Of a stretch of DNA of 64,000 bases, positions 1-8,127 are shown piece by piece (positions within the stretch are counted from its first letter, which is position 1; the number at the start of each line of letters is the position of its first letter). Position numbers and translations under genes: made by a program. The stretch spans positions 2,977 through 66,976 of the forward strand of contig JAKIVD010000021.1 in the NCBI GenBank assembly GCA_021647205.1, read 5' to 3'. The stretch comes from Bacteroidales bacterium (GTDB lineage: Bacteria > Bacteroidota > Bacteroidia > Bacteroidales > F082). The notes beneath the pieces are model-generated. The model worked only from the letters and a program-made list of their open reading frames with translations. It was not told the DNA's origin and did no database searches.

Positions 1-227
1 TTAGCAGATGTGATTTGAAAATTACCTTTTAAACTTACTAAATTACCATCCCTGTCAAACAAATGAGGGTAATTCCTTGTTCGACCATGAATTTGGAATG
101 CTGATATCTCTGAACCGTCCCTTTTTTTATAAGTCTTGGTGATATTTAATTTGTTGGCAATCTCTTGTGTTGTCATTGGTTTGCCGGATAATAACAATAT
201 TTCTACAATAGCATCGTGTAATGTCAT
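1..227 (-). CDS. Partial CDS (N-terminal 75 codons; continues beyond the window start). Winged-helix, HARE-HTH-like domain protein, paralog of 283..1119.
   Basis: Not in the ORF track because there is no stop inside the window. Hand translation from the ATG at 227..225 gives MTLHDAIVEILLLSGKPMTTQEIANKLNITKTYKKRDGSEISAFQIHGRTRNYPHLFDRDGNLVSLKGNFQITSA. In my hand alignment 47 of 67 residues are identical to the N-terminus of the neighbouring gene. Confidence 0.6.
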   Translation of the reverse strand, partial: MTLHDAIVEILLLSGKPMTTQEIANKLNITKTYKKRDGSEISAFQIHGRTRNYPHLFDRDGNLVSLKGNFQITSA

Positions 228-282
228 TTTATTATAATTTCAATTATTATCCAAAGATACAATTAGATTTTCACAAATCTGT

Positions 283-1119
283 TTACTTTCTTTCCGTCCC
301 ATTAGCAACATCAACACACACTTTCCTCAACATCGACAATTCAGGCATGGCAGACGGATTCTTGGCAAGGTTGAGTAATGGTTTATGCTTCCTCACCAAA
401 GCCGTTTCAGTTTCTTCCAAACTGGAGTTTTGTTCTACCCAGTTAACCAAGAGGTTTTCATTTATCCAATCGATAATTCTGGCTTCGTCAGCAGCGGAGA
501 ATTTATAGTTCCGCTTGTTCTTCTTTTCTGCAAGGGAATTAATTGGCGGCTTGTAACCGAGGACTGCACCAAGGCTCCTGAAGAAAGTACCGTGGCCGTT
601 TGCCCTGAGTTCCTGGTTTAACATACGTTTGTTGAGGGACTGCGTGGCGATGCCAATGTAAATAATATTGTGTTTTCTTATTTTAAGCTCGGTATTGAAT
701 GGCTTTGGTAAAGCATTAATGTTTCTTATTTTGATGCAATACATTCCCGGCTTTGATGACACAATAAAATCAATATCCTTTACCGATTTGTAACTTGTTT
801 CATTCATAAGGGTTTTTTCCAATTTGCCAAAACTGTAATCCTCAGTTGTTGTTGAGGCACTTTTTACTTCTTTCGTTTTTCCTCTAATAGGTTTTACTTG
901 AGGTGCTTTCTTTTCACTTTTCAAACTAACTTTGCTCCCATCCCGGTCAAATAAATGAGAATAATTTCTTGTCCTGCCATGAATTTGGAAATCCATTATT
1001 GCTGAGCCATCCCTTTTTTGATAAGCCTTTGATTTGTTTAATTCATCGGCGATTTGTTGGGTTGTCATAGCTCTGTTTGCTGTTTTCAGTATTTGTACAA
1101 TTGCATCATGTAATGTCAT
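283..1119 (-). CDS. Winged-helix (HARE-HTH-like) N-domain fused to a GIY-YIG nuclease domain.
   Basis: The N-terminus MTLHDAIVQILK..MTTQQIADEL..FQIHGRTRNYSHLFDRDG resembles the RpoE-delta/HARE-HTH pattern. The C-terminal half carries GIY-YIG hallmarks: GMYCIKI, IIYIGIA, LNKRM (Arg), HGTFFRSLG, and ETALVRKHKPLLN (Glu plus P.LN). Confidence 0.75.
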   Translation of the reverse strand: MTLHDAIVQILKTANRAMTTQQIADELNKSKAYQKRDGSAIMDFQIHGRTRNYSHLFDRDGSKVSLKSEKKAPQVKPIRGKTKEVKSASTTTEDYSFGKLEKTLMNETSYKSVKDIDFIVSSKPGMYCIKIRNINALPKPFNTELKIRKHNIIYIGIATQSLNKRMLNQELRANGHGTFFRSLGAVLGYKPPINSLAEKKNKRNYKFSAADEARIIDWINENLLVNWVEQNSSLEETETALVRKHKPLLNLAKNPSAMPELSMLRKVCVDVANGTERK

Positions 1120-1139
1120 ATCCTATTTCTTTTAAAAAC

Positions 1140-1451
1140 TTATCTGTTAAACTCATCATAAATATCCTGAGCTGAAGGGTCGTCTGCATCCCCTCTCATT
1201 TCAGCGTTTTCCATGCCCTCGTAAAACTCTTGTTTTGACAAGCACTCTTTATCCTTAGAATTAAACCTGATAATTCGTGTCGGTTTTTTGGGTGGTTTAA
1301 CGCCAAGGTCAGGTATTGGCCCGCTTCTTCTTTGCAGCTTAATATAACTTTGTAACTTTTCCTTATCTTTTTGTTCGCTATATTCTCCAAGGTTAATGAT
1401 AAATATTAAGATGAGAAAAAGCCAAATAAAAATACTTTTAAAGAATCCCAT
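1140..1451 (-). CDS. Small N-terminally membrane-anchored protein, function unknown. First gene of the minus-strand module.
   Basis: The hydrophobic N-terminus FFKSIFIWLFLILIFIINL is followed by a charged soluble tail. A 20-nt gap separates it from the downstream GIY-YIG gene. Confidence 0.5.
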   Translation of the reverse strand: MGFFKSIFIWLFLILIFIINLGEYSEQKDKEKLQSYIKLQRRSGPIPDLGVKPPKKPTRIIRFNSKDKECLSKQEFYEGMENAEMRGDADDPSAQDIYDEFNR

Positions 1452-1475
1452 TTCTCTGTTTTATAAATTGTGCTA

Positions 1476-1483
1476 CAAAACTA
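1476..1483 (-). promoter_or_regulatory. Candidate Bacteroidota -7 promoter element (TAGTTTTG on the minus strand).
   Basis: Matches the TAnnTTTG consensus about 25 nt upstream of the ATG at 1451. Confidence 0.35.
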
Positions 1484-1695
1484 CATTCCTCCTGTGCAGT
1501 CTATCCACACAGCAAAATATATCTTAATTTTGCCTTGATTCCAGACAAATTAGAACAGGTGAATTTACTTTGAATAATAGGGAAAAAGCATTTTTCCTGA
1601 ACAAAATATCCCCGCAAATTGAAATGATATTATTGATAACCCAATATTTTGCCTTATCTTTACAAATTCGGAATTGAACTCCAAATATGTAAATT

Positions 1696-2871
1696 ATGCT
1701 AATTAACAGAGCGTTAAAAAAGAAAATACTTGATTTAGCAGAAAAATTCCCGGTAATTAGTATTACGGGGCCAAGGCAAAGTGGCAAAACAACATTGGCT
1801 AAACTTTGTTTTCCCGATTACAATTATATAAATCTTGAACTGCCACACCATCGTATTTTTGCACAGGAAGATCCAGAAGCTTTTCTTAAAGGATATCGGG
1901 GCGGGTTAATTTTGGACGAAGCACAGTATGTGCCCGAACTGTTCTCGTATATCCAGGGAATCGTGGATGAATCGGGTGAGACCGGTCAGTTTATCCTCAC
2001 CGGTTCGCAAAATTTTCTTTTGCTTGAAAATATTACACAGAGTCTTGCAGGGAGGGTTGCCATATTGCACCTTCTCCCTTTTTCAAATGATGAATTGAAG
2101 AATACAGTTTATCAGGAGGAAAATCTAAATGAACTGTTGTTCAAAGGCAGCTATCCCCCATTATATGACAAACAGATTGAACCCATTGATTTTTATCAAT
2201 CCTATGTGCAATCCTACATTGAGCGTGATGTAAGGAATTTATTAAATGTATCAAACCTGAATTTGTTCAGGACATTCATGGGTATAGTTGCAGGCAGGAC
2301 CGGGCAAATTTTGAATGTCACATCTATTTCAAACGATCTTGGGCTCGATTCGAAAACCATTCGGGCATGGTTGTCTGTATTGGAAACAAGCTTTATCATT
2401 TATCTTATCAGACCGCACCATAAAAATTACAATAAACGGCTGATCAAAAGCCCAAAACTATATTTTTACGATACGGGTCTGGCATGTTCATTACTTGGTA
2501 TCCGCAATGCATCTGAAATACAAAACCATTTTTTAAAAGGTGCTTTATTTGAAAACTTTGTTTTTACTGAGATTTCAAAGTATTATTATCATCATGGCAT
2601 AAAGCCCGAACTGTTTTTCTGGAGGGACAATATTGGCAACGAAGTGGATTGCATTGTCCGGGATGGCTTACAAAGTAAAATTATTGAAATCAAATCGGCG
2701 CAAACAATCAACAGTGCTTTCTTTAAAGGAATACAATATTATCAGAAAATATCTGGAATAGAGGCAAAATATTGCTATCTGATATACGGCGGTAATGAAA
2801 ATCAGCACCGGACTGCTGCCCAGGTTTTGTCCTGGAAAAACATGAACAGTTTGTTTACAAGCTTGCAATAA
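1696..2871 (+). CDS. AAA+ ATPase of the AAA_14/DUF4143 family (COG1373-like).
   Basis: Walker A GPRQSGKTT and Walker B LILDEAQ. The C-terminal DUF4143-like region includes FENFVFTEI. Confidence 0.85.
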   Translation: MLINRALKKKILDLAEKFPVISITGPRQSGKTTLAKLCFPDYNYINLELPHHRIFAQEDPEAFLKGYRGGLILDEAQYVPELFSYIQGIVDESGETGQFILTGSQNFLLLENITQSLAGRVAILHLLPFSNDELKNTVYQEENLNELLFKGSYPPLYDKQIEPIDFYQSYVQSYIERDVRNLLNVSNLNLFRTFMGIVAGRTGQILNVTSISNDLGLDSKTIRAWLSVLETSFIIYLIRPHHKNYNKRLIKSPKLYFYDTGLACSLLGIRNASEIQNHFLKGALFENFVFTEISKYYYHHGIKPELFFWRDNIGNEVDCIVRDGLQSKIIEIKSAQTINSAFFKGIQYYQKISGIEAKYCYLIYGGNENQHRTAAQVLSWKNMNSLFTSLQ

Positions 2872-2907
2872 GTACATTTTATTCAAATCATTGAGCTTAT
2901 TTCAATT

Positions 2908-3903
2908 ATGCCCCAAAACAAAAACGCCATAATCCGTTATCAAATCCTTGATAAATGCTTCCGCAATCCGGGACGCCGTTATTTTATTGACGATTTGCTG
3001 GAAGCCTGCAACAATGCCCTGGCTGAAAATAATCCGGATACAGGTGGTATTCAGCGCCGGCAATTGTTCGATGACATCAGGTTCATGGAAAGTGAAAAGG
3101 GTTGGTCGGTACCACTTTTAAAGATTCCAGACGGGAAGAAAAAATATTACCGTTACGGCGACATGAATTTTTCCATAAATAACTCCCCGCTGAATGAAAT
3201 GGAAACGGAGCAGATTAAATCGGCATTAATGGTGCTTTCGAGGTTTAAGGGTTCGGCACAATTTGGGTGGGTGGAAGAACTCATCCCCAAACTTGAACAG
3301 GAATTTGGATTCAAATGCAACGAACAGGAAATCATCAGTTTCGATACAAACCAATATCTGAAAGGAATAGAGCATCTGGGGACTTTGTTCAATGCCATTC
3401 TTTATCAAAAGGTGCTCGAAATCAATTATCAGTCTTTCAAATCCGACAAACCCAATATCTCAATAATCCATCCCTATTATTTGAAACAATACAACAACCG
3501 CTGGTTTTTATTCGGCCAAAGCCCGCGATTTGAAAGCTTGTCGGTTCGTTCGTTAGACAGGATTCTCAGCATCAAAGGAGTACCGGAAGAATACATCGAA
3601 AACAAAAACATTGATTTTTCGGAATATTTTGAAGATATTATCGGGATAACAAAACCAAAAGACGGGATTCCTGAAATTATCGAATTGCATTTTTCTCCAA
3701 AACAAGCGCCTTATGTTTTGACCAAACCCCTGCATGGCTCGCAAAAGAAAAAAAGTTTTGATAAAGCCGGATTGGTAATTACAATCGAAGTAATCCCAAA
3801 TTACGAATTAAAAAGCCTGCTGCTTTCATTTGGGAACGAGCTTGAGATAATTTCGCCCGATTGGTTCGGTGACGAGGTGAAAGAAATGGCCCTGGCAAAA
3901 TAA
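2908..3903 (+). CDS. WYL-domain transcriptional regulator with an N-terminal wHTH.
   Basis: The N-terminus is IIRYQILDKCFRN..YFIDDLLEACN. The WYL-type core is HPYYLKQYNNRWFLFG. It lies 36 nt downstream of the ATPase on the same strand. Confidence 0.75.
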   Translation: MPQNKNAIIRYQILDKCFRNPGRRYFIDDLLEACNNALAENNPDTGGIQRRQLFDDIRFMESEKGWSVPLLKIPDGKKKYYRYGDMNFSINNSPLNEMETEQIKSALMVLSRFKGSAQFGWVEELIPKLEQEFGFKCNEQEIISFDTNQYLKGIEHLGTLFNAILYQKVLEINYQSFKSDKPNISIIHPYYLKQYNNRWFLFGQSPRFESLSVRSLDRILSIKGVPEEYIENKNIDFSEYFEDIIGITKPKDGIPEIIELHFSPKQAPYVLTKPLHGSQKKKSFDKAGLVITIEVIPNYELKSLLLSFGNELEIISPDWFGDEVKEMALAK

Positions 3904-3966
3904 AGGTGACATTTATTGCACTTATTTGTCCTGAATCTAAGTTTAAAAGTGTCGGGTCTTTCCGAG

Positions 3967-5061
3967 TCAGACTCTTCCAGGAGCTACGCACGCTGGAAGG
4001 TCTCCCAACTCCCCCACCTCGGCCCTTGGCTGTTCGGGCATTTTTTCGGCCAGCAGCCAGCGGACAAAAATGATGGCTTCCTTGTAATTGGCGGTGCTTA
4101 TCCAGTTGTCAACATCCATGGGACGGTGGCTGAGGTAAACGGTGTAACTTCCATCAGCATTGGCTTTTGCAGTTCCTTTGTTGATGCCGACTTTAAAGTT
4201 TTTGAAGTCCATGGACTGCATCAGGAAATTCCAGGTTTGGATGCCCCAGTAATTGCATTCGGGGGATGTGAGGTGGATTTTCAGGTACTGATTTTCTTCC
4301 AGGCGATAACGGCCAAAGCAGTAAATATTGTCCACGGTTCCCCAGCCTCCCTGGTCGGGTTCGAAAGCGAAGGGCGGGAGGAAATCGTTCAATGGGAAAT
4401 CAACAGGAAGTGGGGCAAGCCAGGTAGTCTGCTCGAAAAAAGTGGCCATGATGTCAATCCGCCGGGCCAGTTCTTCATCGTCAAGGGGCTTTGCTTCTCC
4501 TTGTGGGATGAGGTTTTCGATGCTGAGTTCACTTTCCCTGCCATTGAAACGGTCGAAGAAATATTCCCTTGTAAAAAGGTTTACGGAATCGGCATCCAGT
4601 TTGAACTCATTTTTTCCTTTGGGATTGGGGGTCAGTTTGATTTCGAAACTGCCGTCTTCTTCAAATTCAATCCGGGTGTGGTTGATGTTGTTGGTAACCC
4701 GTTCTACTATCTCGCCATTGGGCGATCCGCCATAAATGGAAATGGAAAAATACACACTGTCGTAGCGTTTGCCTTTGATAAGGTATTCCTGATCGCCGCG
4801 CACTTGTGTGAAGTAGTAAACCGAATCCACATTGTCGCCCACCAGTTTGTGGTAGTCGTTGGCAAGCAACATAAAATCAGGGCGCAAAGGATCGTTAAAA
4901 AGATAAAAGTCGATACTCGACCGCAGCAAATGAAAAATATGCTGATAGCCGTCAACCCGGCCCTGTTCGTCGATGGTTTTGTCAGGATCGAGAAAGGTTT
5001 TATCCGCATTCCTGATAACGTCAAGGAAATTGTCGAGTGCGATTTTACTTTTGTAGGTCAT
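3967..5061 (-). CDS. DUF1214-like protein, function unknown.
   Basis: The C-terminal pattern DGSYTVYLSHRP..DNWISTA..IIFVRWLL resembles the DUF1214 signature. I chose the start at the internal ATG (MTYKSKIALDNF), because the track's GTG start at 5112 lies inside a REP copy. The last roughly 12 codons are encoded by REP copy 1. Confidence 0.55.
   Translation of the reverse strand: MTYKSKIALDNFLDVIRNADKTFLDPDKTIDEQGRVDGYQHIFHLLRSSIDFYLFNDPLRPDFMLLANDYHKLVGDNVDSVYYFTQVRGDQEYLIKGKRYDSVYFSISIYGGSPNGEIVERVTNNINHTRIEFEEDGSFEIKLTPNPKGKNEFKLDADSVNLFTREYFFDRFNGRESELSIENLIPQGEAKPLDDEELARRIDIMATFFEQTTWLAPLPVDFPLNDFLPPFAFEPDQGGWGTVDNIYCFGRYRLEENQYLKIHLTSPECNYWGIQTWNFLMQSMDFKNFKVGINKGTAKANADGSYTVYLSHRPMDVDNWISTANYKEAIIFVRWLLAEKMPEQPRAEVGELGDLPACVAPGRV
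3970..4002. repeat. REP-like palindromic element, family A, copy 1 (GACTCTTCCAGG..ACGCTGGAAGGTC).
   Basis: The stem is CTTCCAG/CTGGAAG. The same element recurs at 5108..5141 and, inverted, at 14618..14652. Confidence 0.65.
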
Positions 5062-5107
5062 GGTTTTAATGATTGAATGTGTGAATGAGTGTTTTGTTTC
5101 GCTGTCA

Positions 5108-5141
5108 GACACTTCCAGGTTTTACAAACGCTGGTAAGGTC
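5108..5141. repeat. REP-like palindromic element, family A, copy 2.
   Basis: GACACTTCCAGGTTTTACAAACGCTGGTAAGGTC, in the same orientation as copy 1. It sits between the sulfotransferase stop and the DUF1214-like start. Confidence 0.6.
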
Positions 5142-5159
5142 TTTAGCGTTTTAAAGGGA

Positions 5160-6410
5160 TTAAAAACGGTTCATGAATTCGATATATGCTTTAAATTTTT
5201 CGTTTACCTCGTCTTCCGTCAGCCCAAAATCTTCCAGATGGTACATGTGCAGGCCATTTTTATCCCGGGGGTTATTAGTCAGAAATGTTTTGAATCGAAC
5301 GATGGCTTCATCACTTAACTTCCATCCGAATTTATCATAGATTTTTTTGGCAGTCCCGATATGGTCACCAGCGAAATCCTCAAAGTGCAAATCAATAATC
5401 TGATCTTCTTTTTGCAGACGTTTCCGGCTTTCCAGAAAACGGTCAAAATAATGGTGCCAGGTTTTCATTTGTTCGCGGCCCGTGCGAATGGGGTCTTCGA
5501 AATTGCTGTAAAGTGAGCGCACCGAAGTAAGGAGGCTGCCAATGGAGGCAACCACTTTCACGGGTTCGCGGTGTGTCATAATAACCTGTGCATCAGGATA
5601 AACCTCGAATATTTCATCCAGGCGCATCAAATGTACGGGCGATTTCAGCAGCCAGCGCTCGGCTTTTACGCCACCCGATTGCAGATATTGCAGGAAGCGT
5701 TTGTGGAAGTGCATGGTCGCCAGGCTGTCCGACGTTTCGGCAAACCATTTCATGTAGGTCGGGGCATACAGCTGGGCGGAAATCTGGAAAGAATTAAAGT
5801 CCAGGTTGTTGATGGCCAGGCATTCCTGTGGCGCATCGGCTGCCATGTAGTGCTTTTTCAGAAAGTCGGGAACCAGTTTAAACAGTTGCTCAAATTCTCT
5901 CCTAATGGTTTTCAGTTGGTCGTTGTCAGCAAAATTTTCCGGTCTTGGTACAGGGTAAGGCAGCAGGCATTCCCAGGCGAGGGGCGAACGGTGGGCAGGG
6001 TCTTCGTGCATCATGGCATGAAGAATACTTGTTCCGGTTCGGGGCATACCAATAATAAAAACAGGCTGTTTGATTTCAGCCTTCTCAATTTCAGGGTTTT
6101 CTGCCAACACCTGCTCTACTTTGAAGCGGCCATAAAGTGTGCGTTCCAATAAGCTTTTTACGGCTAGTTTCCCAAAGGGGTTCAGCCGGGCATCTTTGTT
6201 AATGCCCGCAATCATTTTATGAAGGCCAACATCAACCTGCCCGGGTAGTTCACCGGTAAAATTGGCTTTTTTCCTGGTTTTTTGTATGATGGCATCGGCA
6301 TCCAACTTAAAAGGATCCATGCCAATGGTTTTTAGTACATTGCCTAAACCATTGATGAGATTTAACATGGATGAGCGCTGAATATAAAGGGAGGAAGGGT
6401 TTTTACTCAC
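5160..6410 (-). CDS. Sulfotransferase family protein (PAPS-dependent type).
   Basis: The 5'-PSB loop is IIGMPRTGTSILH, and THREPVKVVAS is a 3'-PB-like motif. Confidence 0.8.
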   Translation of the reverse strand: MSKNPSSLYIQRSSMLNLINGLGNVLKTIGMDPFKLDADAIIQKTRKKANFTGELPGQVDVGLHKMIAGINKDARLNPFGKLAVKSLLERTLYGRFKVEQVLAENPEIEKAEIKQPVFIIGMPRTGTSILHAMMHEDPAHRSPLAWECLLPYPVPRPENFADNDQLKTIRREFEQLFKLVPDFLKKHYMAADAPQECLAINNLDFNSFQISAQLYAPTYMKWFAETSDSLATMHFHKRFLQYLQSGGVKAERWLLKSPVHLMRLDEIFEVYPDAQVIMTHREPVKVVASIGSLLTSVRSLYSNFEDPIRTGREQMKTWHHYFDRFLESRKRLQKEDQIIDLHFEDFAGDHIGTAKKIYDKFGWKLSDEAIVRFKTFLTNNPRDKNGLHMYHLEDFGLTEDEVNEKFKAYIEFMNRF

Positions 6411-6417
6411 TGCACTG

Positions 6418-6756
6418 CTACATTAGTTGTTTTAACTTTTGTGCCAGGCCGATGTCGCCTTTCACTTTAATTTTTCCGGTGAGCGTGGCCATCATGGGCT
6501 TGATTTCTTTGCGTTGCAGTTTCCCGTAAGTTTCTTTGCTCATGATAATGGTGCAGTTGGCTTCTTCATTCTTGTCGGTCACCAGGTTTTCATCGCCTGT
6601 ACCGTCAATCAGGATGAAATCTTCATCCAGTTTGAACTTGAGTTTTTTCCCCAGCGGGGCAATTTTTTTTACGTTTTCGGTGAGCTCTTTTCTTATTTGT
6701 TCTGTTTCCATTTGATAAAACCTGTCAGGTGTTTGCTTTTGTGTTGTTAAGCCCAT
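6418..6756 (-). CDS. SCP2 sterol/lipid-carrier domain protein.
   Basis: The C-terminal SCP2 pattern is MATLTGKIKVKGDIGLAQKLKQL. A 7-nt gap separates it from the sulfotransferase. Confidence 0.8.
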   Translation of the reverse strand: MGLTTQKQTPDRFYQMETEQIRKELTENVKKIAPLGKKLKFKLDEDFILIDGTGDENLVTDKNEEANCTIIMSKETYGKLQRKEIKPMMATLTGKIKVKGDIGLAQKLKQLM

Positions 6757-6811
6757 TTCATTGCAATGCGAAGGGTTGTGTTGTCGCCAGTGAAGTTACC
6801 GGGGTTTCCGT

Positions 6812-7954
6812 TTAGTCACGCAACAACCCCCTTGAAATGACAATTTTCTGGATTTCGGAAGTACCTTCATAAATCTGGGTCAGTTTGGCTTCGCGCATCA
6901 GGCGTTCAACATGGTATTCTTTGACATAACCGTAGCCCCCGTGAATCTGTACGGCTTCGGTGGTTACTTCCATCGCAATATCGGCAGCATAAAGCTTGGC
7001 CATGGCACTTGCTGTGCCAAATGGCTTGCCGTTGTCTTTCAGCCAGGCTGCCTTCAGGCAGAGGTTGCGGGCATTCTCCACTTTCACGGCCATGTCTGTC
7101 AGCTTAAAAGCGACAGATTGGTGATTGGCAATTTCGGTGCCGAAGGCTTTGCGTTCTTTAGCGTAATCCGTGGCCCTTTCGAGGGCGCCCGCGGCAATTC
7201 CCAGGGCCTGGGCAGCAATTCCCAAGCGGCCTGCTTCCAGCACCTTCATGGCAAAAGTAAAGCCAAATCCATCTTCGCCAATGCGGTTTTCTTTAGGAAC
7301 TTTAACATCACTAAACATGACAGAGTGGGTGTCGGAACTGCGCATTCCCATTTTGTCTTCGTGGGGGCCGAGGGAAATGCCGGGTGAATTTTTCTCCACA
7401 ATAAAAGCATTGATGCCGTGGTGTTTTTTTTCGGGATGGGTTTGTGCCATCAATATGTAAGTGGATGCAGAATTGGCGTTGCTTATCCAGTTTTTGGTAC
7501 CGTTAACCAAATAGTAATCGCCTTTGTCTTCGGCAGTTGTATGCTGGTGCGTGGCATCCGATCCGGCTTCAGGTTCCGAAAGCAGGTAAGCGCCAATAAT
7601 TTCACCCCTAGCCAGGGGTTTCAGGTACTTTTGCTTTTGTTCTTCGTTGCAATATTTTTGTAAACCGTAGCAAACAAGCGAATTGTTGATGGACATGATT
7701 ACCCCCACCGAAGCATCAATTTTTGAAAACTCTTCCATGGCAAGGATATAAGAAATAGTGTCCATCCCGCTGCCATCGTATTTCGGGTCGATCATCATGC
7801 CGAGGAATCCCAGTTCGGCAATGTTCCTGATATGCTTTGCCGGATATTCGGCTTTTTCATCCCTTTCCAAAACATCCTGTATCAATTCGCGCTGTGCATA
7901 TTCACGGGCGGCCTGCCGGATCATCAGTTGTTCTTCGGTAAATTCAAAATTCAT
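6812..7954 (-). CDS. Acyl-CoA dehydrogenase, short/medium-chain type.
   Basis: 380 aa and collinear with the butyryl-CoA dehydrogenase family: YLLSEPEAGSD, QIHGGYGY, and the YEGTSEIQ catalytic-Glu motif. Confidence 0.9.
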   Translation of the reverse strand: MNFEFTEEQLMIRQAAREYAQRELIQDVLERDEKAEYPAKHIRNIAELGFLGMMIDPKYDGSGMDTISYILAMEEFSKIDASVGVIMSINNSLVCYGLQKYCNEEQKQKYLKPLARGEIIGAYLLSEPEAGSDATHQHTTAEDKGDYYLVNGTKNWISNANSASTYILMAQTHPEKKHHGINAFIVEKNSPGISLGPHEDKMGMRSSDTHSVMFSDVKVPKENRIGEDGFGFTFAMKVLEAGRLGIAAQALGIAAGALERATDYAKERKAFGTEIANHQSVAFKLTDMAVKVENARNLCLKAAWLKDNGKPFGTASAMAKLYAADIAMEVTTEAVQIHGGYGYVKEYHVERLMREAKLTQIYEGTSEIQKIVISRGLLRD

Positions 7955-8127
7955 ATCTGTTGTATTTATAATAATATCGGCCTTTTCAGTGTAGGCAGAC
8001 CACTAAAATTCCGTGTCAAAACGGTAGCCGGCCGACTCCTTGTACCCAAGGATTTAAAAGCGGACGAATTTAAAGAATTATTTACAGAAAACTATTCTAA
8101 ATAAGGTCGGCTGTTGGCTGTCAGCAA

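Noticed and set aside
221-621. Plus-strand ORFs 221..508 and 385..621.
   Set aside because: They are antisense to the GIY-YIG gene, short, and lack motifs.
3916-5076. A 386-aa ORF on the plus strand, completely antisense to the 3967..5112 gene.
   Set aside because: Its composition (rich in V, F, G and I, no recognisable motifs) is typical of a shadow frame opposite a real gene. The minus-strand protein has a recognisable DUF1214-like pattern and fits the operon.
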